A program made the position numbers and the translations under genes. The notes beneath the pieces were generated by a model that was not told where the DNA came from, searched no databases, and saw only the letters and a list, made by a program, of their open reading frames with translations. Positions 16,069-20,000 of a stretch of DNA of 20,000 bases are shown here, piece after piece (positions within the stretch are counted from its first letter, which is position 1; every line of letters begins with the position of its first letter). The DNA comes from an uncultured virus (IMG/VR IMGVR_UViG_3300037153_000398). Taxonomy: Duplodnaviria > Heunggongvirae > Uroviricota > Caudoviricetes. The stretch is from IMG/VR virus record IMGVR_UViG_3300037153_000398, one strand, 5' to 3'.

Positions 16069-16398
16069 TCAGTAGTCGTGCTCGTAGCAGTACCGAAACC
16101 AATACCGCGTGTGCCGGATGCGCGGATCATCGCAGCGCGCGCGCCGCTCGCCCGGCACGACGAAGCGGGGGCCGCGCTCTTCGCCGCGCCGCCGTTCGCC
16201 ACGGCGGTCGCGGTCGCGGTCGCGATCCTCATTGCGCAGGCCCGGCACCGTCACATGCGGCGCGGCCTGTTGCGCGCCGCTGCCCTGATGCGCGCCGGTC
16301 TGCGGCTGCGCGCCGCCGCCGCTCTGATGGTGTTGGGCAGCAAGCGTCGGCATGGTCATCGCCGCCAAGATGGCGAGCGCAACAAACAAGCGTGTCAT
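16069..16398 (-). CDS. Secreted low-complexity protein (109 aa)
   Basis: AAAGGAGG RBS, signal peptide, RD/RRGE repeats, C-terminal Cys pair. Confidence 0.75.
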   Translation of the reverse strand: MTRLFVALAILAAMTMPTLAAQHHQSGGGAQPQTGAHQGSGAQQAAPHVTVPGLRNEDRDRDRDRRGERRRGEERGPRFVVPGERRARCDDPRIRHTRYWFRYCYEHDY

Positions 16399-16581
16399 AG
16401 TTGCCTCCTTTCGCTTGTTGTTTGGTCCGGTGGCAGCAGCCGCAGCATTCGCCGTCGAAGCTGCAACATGGCCACGGACATTCGGAAAAAGTTTGGTGGG
16501 GCGGCCGGCAGGCCGGGCCTGCGTTCTCGACGCTCTCGACCGCCCCTCTGAATGCCCCGCTTGTCCTGGGGGCGCGGAATT

Positions 16582-16929
16582 TCAGCATCCGGTCTTCGCC
16601 TTGATCGCCCACATGACCGACTCTTCGAGCTTGGTCAGCGCCAGCGACAGCTCGCGACCGCCCGGCAGCACCGAGTAGAGCCGTTCCAGCTCTTGCGCCT
16701 TGGCCTTGATGCGGTCGTGAATGATAATTTCGTCCGGCATCAAGTGCCGGTACACGGGATTAAAGCGCGTCACCGCGAGCGGCGGATGCAGCGGCTCGGC
16801 GGGCTCGCGCTGCGGTTCGGGCTCTTGGTTGCCCTGCGCTTGCTCGGCGGCTTGATCGCCGGCTTGCTCGCCCTGCGGCTTGTTGAATGCGCCCATGCCG
16901 GTCGGTTCGACGGCTGCCATGCAAGTCAT
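16582..16929 (-). CDS. Acb2/Tad1-like helical hairpin protein (putative anti-defence nucleotide sponge)
   Basis: YRHLMPDEIIIHDRIKAKAQELERL resembles the Acb2 N-terminal helix; RELSLALTKLEESVMW resembles the Tad1-type helix. ATGA-coupled start at 16929. Confidence 0.65.
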   Translation of the reverse strand: MTCMAAVEPTGMGAFNKPQGEQAGDQAAEQAQGNQEPEPQREPAEPLHPPLAVTRFNPVYRHLMPDEIIIHDRIKAKAQELERLYSVLPGGRELSLALTKLEESVMWAIKAKTGC

Positions 16930-17186
16930 TCCCGATCTTGGCCAGCTTGGCCGGTGTGCGTTCGCCGTCGCCGATCCGGCGCGATGAAGCCGGCATAGTA
17001 TTCGCGCGGCGTCTTGAAGCGGTCCCATCGCACGGTCGGCGAGCCGAAGCGGTCGACCTTGACGACGACGCCGCTCTGTTGATGCCGCGTCTTCGGAAAC
17101 AGGTTCGCGGCGATGCCGTGGGCGCTTGGCCGCACGCGCTGGCCAGCCCGGAAGCGTGGCGTGCGTGCCAGCATCCGCGCGATCAT
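16926..17186 (-). CDS. Hypothetical protein, SH3/KOW-like pattern
   Basis: FRAGQRVR...GVVVKVD...TVRWD; ATGA-coupled at both ends. Confidence 0.65.
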   Translation of the reverse strand: MIARMLARTPRFRAGQRVRPSAHGIAANLFPKTRHQQSGVVVKVDRFGSPTVRWDRFKTPREYYAGFIAPDRRRRTHTGQAGQDRE

Positions 17187-17404
17187 GTGCCGGCCGCATC
17201 CTCGCCGTCGTGATCGCCGCTGCGCTTCGGCTCCATCCGGTCGCCGATGGCCGCCGCAAACGACTCGTTGGCGAGCGCCACGGTGGCGGCGGCGATGATG
17301 AAGCCGCATTCGCGATAGTCGGCGGTGTCGACGGCGCTGGCGTCGCCGTGGCGTTCGATGATCATGCGCGCGGCGTGGCGCGCCCACTCGGTCGGGCTGG
17401 TCAT
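17183..17404 (-). CDS. Hypothetical protein (73 aa)
   Basis: AAGGGG RBS; coupled to the downstream gene. Confidence 0.65.
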   Translation of the reverse strand: MTSPTEWARHAARMIIERHGDASAVDTADYRECGFIIAAATVALANESFAAAIGDRMEPKRSGDHDGEDAAGT

Positions 17405-17440
17405 TGATCGCGGTCCCCTTTGATCGACGCCGCGAAGTTC

Positions 17441-17749
17441 TTACTCGGATTGCGGCGGGCTCGCGGCAGTTTGGCCACTCACGCGGGCGGTGATGATCGG
17501 CGGCGGCGGCGTGTCGCCCGTGTACTCGGCGGCAAACCACGCTTTCACTTCGTCGATGTCGCGGCCGAAGATGAACAGCAGCTTGTAACCCTGCGCGCCG
17601 AGCTGGTTCATGATGTTGAGCATCGTCGTGTCGTCGGCGACCGGCAGCGTTTCGAGCCAATAGACGTACTTCACCGTCTGCGACATCGGCTCGGCCTTCG
17701 ACGTGCGCCGCGCCGTCGCCTGCTGCTTCGCCGTTCTGCGCTTCGCCAT
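17441..17749 (-). CDS. Hypothetical protein, weak DUF4177-like motif
   Basis: GAGGG RBS; MNQLGAQGYKLL. Confidence 0.65.
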   Translation of the reverse strand: MAKRRTAKQQATARRTSKAEPMSQTVKYVYWLETLPVADDTTMLNIMNQLGAQGYKLLFIFGRDIDEVKAWFAAEYTGDTPPPPIITARVSGQTAASPPQSE

Positions 17750-17953
17750 TTACGTCCCTCTGGTTTGCAGTGTGACCAGCTCTTCGAGCGCGTCGGCGAT
17801 GCGATTGATGTCGCACAACACCTGGGCGGCGCAGCCGGTCGGCTCGCGCGCCAGCTCGGCCATCTCGCGCGGATCGTCGACGCCGGCCCGGCCTGCGGCA
17901 GCCCTGACGTTGTGCATCGCCCCGCAAATCTGTTCGCGCTCTTGCCGGCTCAT
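17750..17953 (-). CDS. Hypothetical protein (67 aa)
   Basis: ATG 17953 overlaps the terL stop (ATGA) and abuts the next gene. Confidence 0.65.
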   Translation of the reverse strand: MSRQEREQICGAMHNVRAAAGRAGVDDPREMAELAREPTGCAAQVLCDINRIADALEELVTLQTRGT

Positions 17954-19497
17954 GCGATCAGGGCCTCGATGTCGATGGGCTTTTGTTTGGTCGGTGCGAC
18001 GCCGGCCGCCATGACCAGGGCGACCGCGCCGTCGATGCGGCCGGTCGATTTTTTCTTCGAGAGCTTGCGGTTGCCGGCCGGGTCGCGCTCGATCACGGAA
18101 TTCATCACGCACGCGGTCAGCGGCGGATTGTTGCCGTGGCGCAGTTTCTTTTCGAGCACGATGGTTTCCAGCTCGCGGATCGCGGGCGACATGCTCGCCC
18201 ATCCCTGCCGGAATTCGACGAAGTGATCCTTGATCGCCTGCTCGGTGAAGCCGGCCGCGAGAAGCCACGGCTTGAGCTGCGCAAAATTCCACTTGTCGAA
18301 GGCGAGCTTGGCGACGCGGCACCGCTTGAAAACGTTGTTGTAGAGATGCCGCGCAACGTACTCGTAGCTGACCACCGGGCCGGGCGGCGCGATCAGATAA
18401 CCTTGCTTCTCCCAAAGGTCATACGGCGTTCGGTCGCGCAGGCTCTTGTCGGCGAGATTATCCTTCGGCAGCCAAAACGTCGGCTCGGCGTCCCACATGC
18501 CGTCGAGCTGGCCGATCAGCACGAGCGCCGTCAGGTCGGCCGTCTCTGACAGGTCGAGCCCGCCGAAGACTTCGCGGCCGTCGAGCGGGACAACGTCGCC
18601 GCCGCAGGCTTTCCAGGGACCGGGCGCGATGAACGGCGACAACGCCTGCACCCGCTGGTTCAAGACCAGATTGCGATACGCCGCTTCGCGTGCCGGCATT
18701 CGCCGCGCGTCGGCCGCCATCGCCAGAACTTCGACCGGGTTGAGAAAGTTGCCGAGCGCCGGATTGGCCAGCCGGATCGTCTCGATGTCGAAGATGTCGC
18801 CGGCAAAATCCTTCGGCACCGCATAGAGCGAACAGATAACACGCGGGTCGTGGCCGGCGAGCGCGTCGTCAATCAGGATCGATAGCAGGTCGTCGTCGCC
18901 GGGCGCTTGCGTCGAGATGACGATGGTCAGCGGATACTCTTGCGCGCCGGTCGCCGTCTCGACCGCTTCGTACAGCTCGGAGCGCGGCCCGCGCACCTGC
19001 CCTAGCTCATCGTGAATGGCGAAGACCGGCGACAGCCCGAACGCGGTGGCGGCTTCAGCAGACAGCGCGCGATACTCGGTGCCAAGCTCGGGGCAAACGA
19101 TTTGCTTATGACCATCTTTGATCAACAGTGTGTCGATCAGCACTGGCGACATCCTCGCCATCTTGCTCGCCAGATTGAAGATCAGCGCCGCCTGATCGCG
19201 GCTCTGTCCCGTCGAGTAGAGCTGGCTGTTGATCACCGCCACCGGGCCGCACAAGTGCGCCAAGAGCAGCATCGCCGCCAGACTCGTCTTGCCGTTCTTC
19301 CGACCGAACGACAGGATCGCGCGCCGCGTCCGGGCCGGGTTGTCGTAGATGCGCCGTATCTCGCGCTTCTGCCACGGCGACAGCTTCACCTTCGTCCCGA
19401 TCCACCGGCCCTCCGGAACGTACAGCTCCGTTTCGATCCACCGGATGATCGCGCTGCCAAGGCTTTCGGGTGTTGTTGTTTGCTCGGCTTGCTGCAT
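17950..19497 (-). CDS. terL: Terminase large subunit (Terminase_1 type)
   Basis: LSPWQ, Walker A GRKNGKT, Walker B AIHDELG, IVISTQ, nuclease GGLDLS, C-terminal RIDGAVALVMA. Confidence 0.96.
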   Translation of the reverse strand: MQQAEQTTTPESLGSAIIRWIETELYVPEGRWIGTKVKLSPWQKREIRRIYDNPARTRRAILSFGRKNGKTSLAAMLLLAHLCGPVAVINSQLYSTGQSRDQAALIFNLASKMARMSPVLIDTLLIKDGHKQIVCPELGTEYRALSAEAATAFGLSPVFAIHDELGQVRGPRSELYEAVETATGAQEYPLTIVISTQAPGDDDLLSILIDDALAGHDPRVICSLYAVPKDFAGDIFDIETIRLANPALGNFLNPVEVLAMAADARRMPAREAAYRNLVLNQRVQALSPFIAPGPWKACGGDVVPLDGREVFGGLDLSETADLTALVLIGQLDGMWDAEPTFWLPKDNLADKSLRDRTPYDLWEKQGYLIAPPGPVVSYEYVARHLYNNVFKRCRVAKLAFDKWNFAQLKPWLLAAGFTEQAIKDHFVEFRQGWASMSPAIRELETIVLEKKLRHGNNPPLTACVMNSVIERDPAGNRKLSKKKSTGRIDGAVALVMAAGVAPTKQKPIDIEALIA

Positions 19498-19933
19498 CTG
19501 CCGCCGCGTGCCGGTCGTATTTGCTGATGTGAGTGAGCCGCAGTTTGCTCGACAAGTTGCCCACGAGCGCGAACAGGCTGGCGCGCATCCGGTGCATCTG
19601 CTGGTATTGCCGCCACGCCTTGCCGGCGCTCTTCGGCATCGCTCGGCGCGACATCGCTGCGCTCAAGGCATTGGCCTCGACCGCCGCCCGGCACAGCGAC
19701 TTGAGCACCGGAAAATTCTCGCGCTGAAACCACTGCGGCGGCATTCGCTCGACGATGGCGCGCCACTCGGCAGCTTCGTCGTCGGTCAGGTCGTCAGGCG
19801 GCTCGGGCCGTGCGCCCGGCATGATCGCATCGCCGTCGCCGGCCGCGTCATGCCGCGCCAGCTCGGGGCGCGAGCCCGGCGTCACAAGGGTTAATCGCGA
19901 GACTGATCGCCGGCCGCTCTGCCGCATCGCCAT
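19106..19933 (-). CDS. terS: Terminase small subunit (P27-like), frame continues into terL
   Basis: RPEPPDDLTDDEAAEWRAIV, LKSLCRA, LSSKLRLT and KPW; AAGGAA RBS; position upstream of terL. The conserved part ends near 19455 but the first stop is at 19106. Confidence 0.75.
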   Translation of the reverse strand: MAMRQSGRRSVSRLTLVTPGSRPELARHDAAGDGDAIMPGARPEPPDDLTDDEAAEWRAIVERMPPQWFQRENFPVLKSLCRAAVEANALSAAMSRRAMPKSAGKAWRQYQQMHRMRASLFALVGNLSSKLRLTHISKYDRHAAADAASRANNNTRKPWQRDHPVDRNGAVRSGGPVDRDEGEAVAVAEARDTAHLRQPGPDAARDPVVRSEERQDESGGDAALGALVRPGGGDQQPALLDGTEPRSGGADLQSGEQDGEDVASADRHTVDQRWS

Positions 19934-20000
19934 GTTCCTTCCGCGCAAAAAACCCTTTTTTGGCCCGAAAAACCCGCGCGGGCAGTTTCAAAAATAAAAG

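Noticed and set aside
19940..20000. A/T-tract region upstream of terS as the cos site
   Set aside because: The position is plausible, but the window ends here and no cos sequence can be identified.

Overview
High-GC segment of a tailed dsDNA phage or prophage of the HK97-like head type. The host is probably an alphaproteobacterium (inference). The minus strand carries terS and terL, about nine small accessory ORFs (one resembles an Acb2/Tad1 anti-defence sponge), a 794-aa protein with two GNAT-like domains, a fused prohead protease-major capsid gene, a small head gene, the portal and a collagen-like gene cut off by the window edge. Between the packaging and head genes lies a ~7.2 kb plus-strand block (about 7685-14877). 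It encodes an AAA ATPase, a DUF3150-like protein, an HExxH-vWA protein, DUF6874-like and LPD25-like proteins, two XRE HTH proteins, a protamine-like basic protein and a secreted protein. The most striking non-coding signal is a ~95-105 nt structured element repeated five times between the genes of this block. It has a long stem that usually starts at the upstream TGA stop, a mutually exclusive second stem, a third hairpin and the motif AACGGAGTCAC before the ATG. That motif or a close variant precedes eight genes. Family assignments come from motif recognition by eye; no searches were run.
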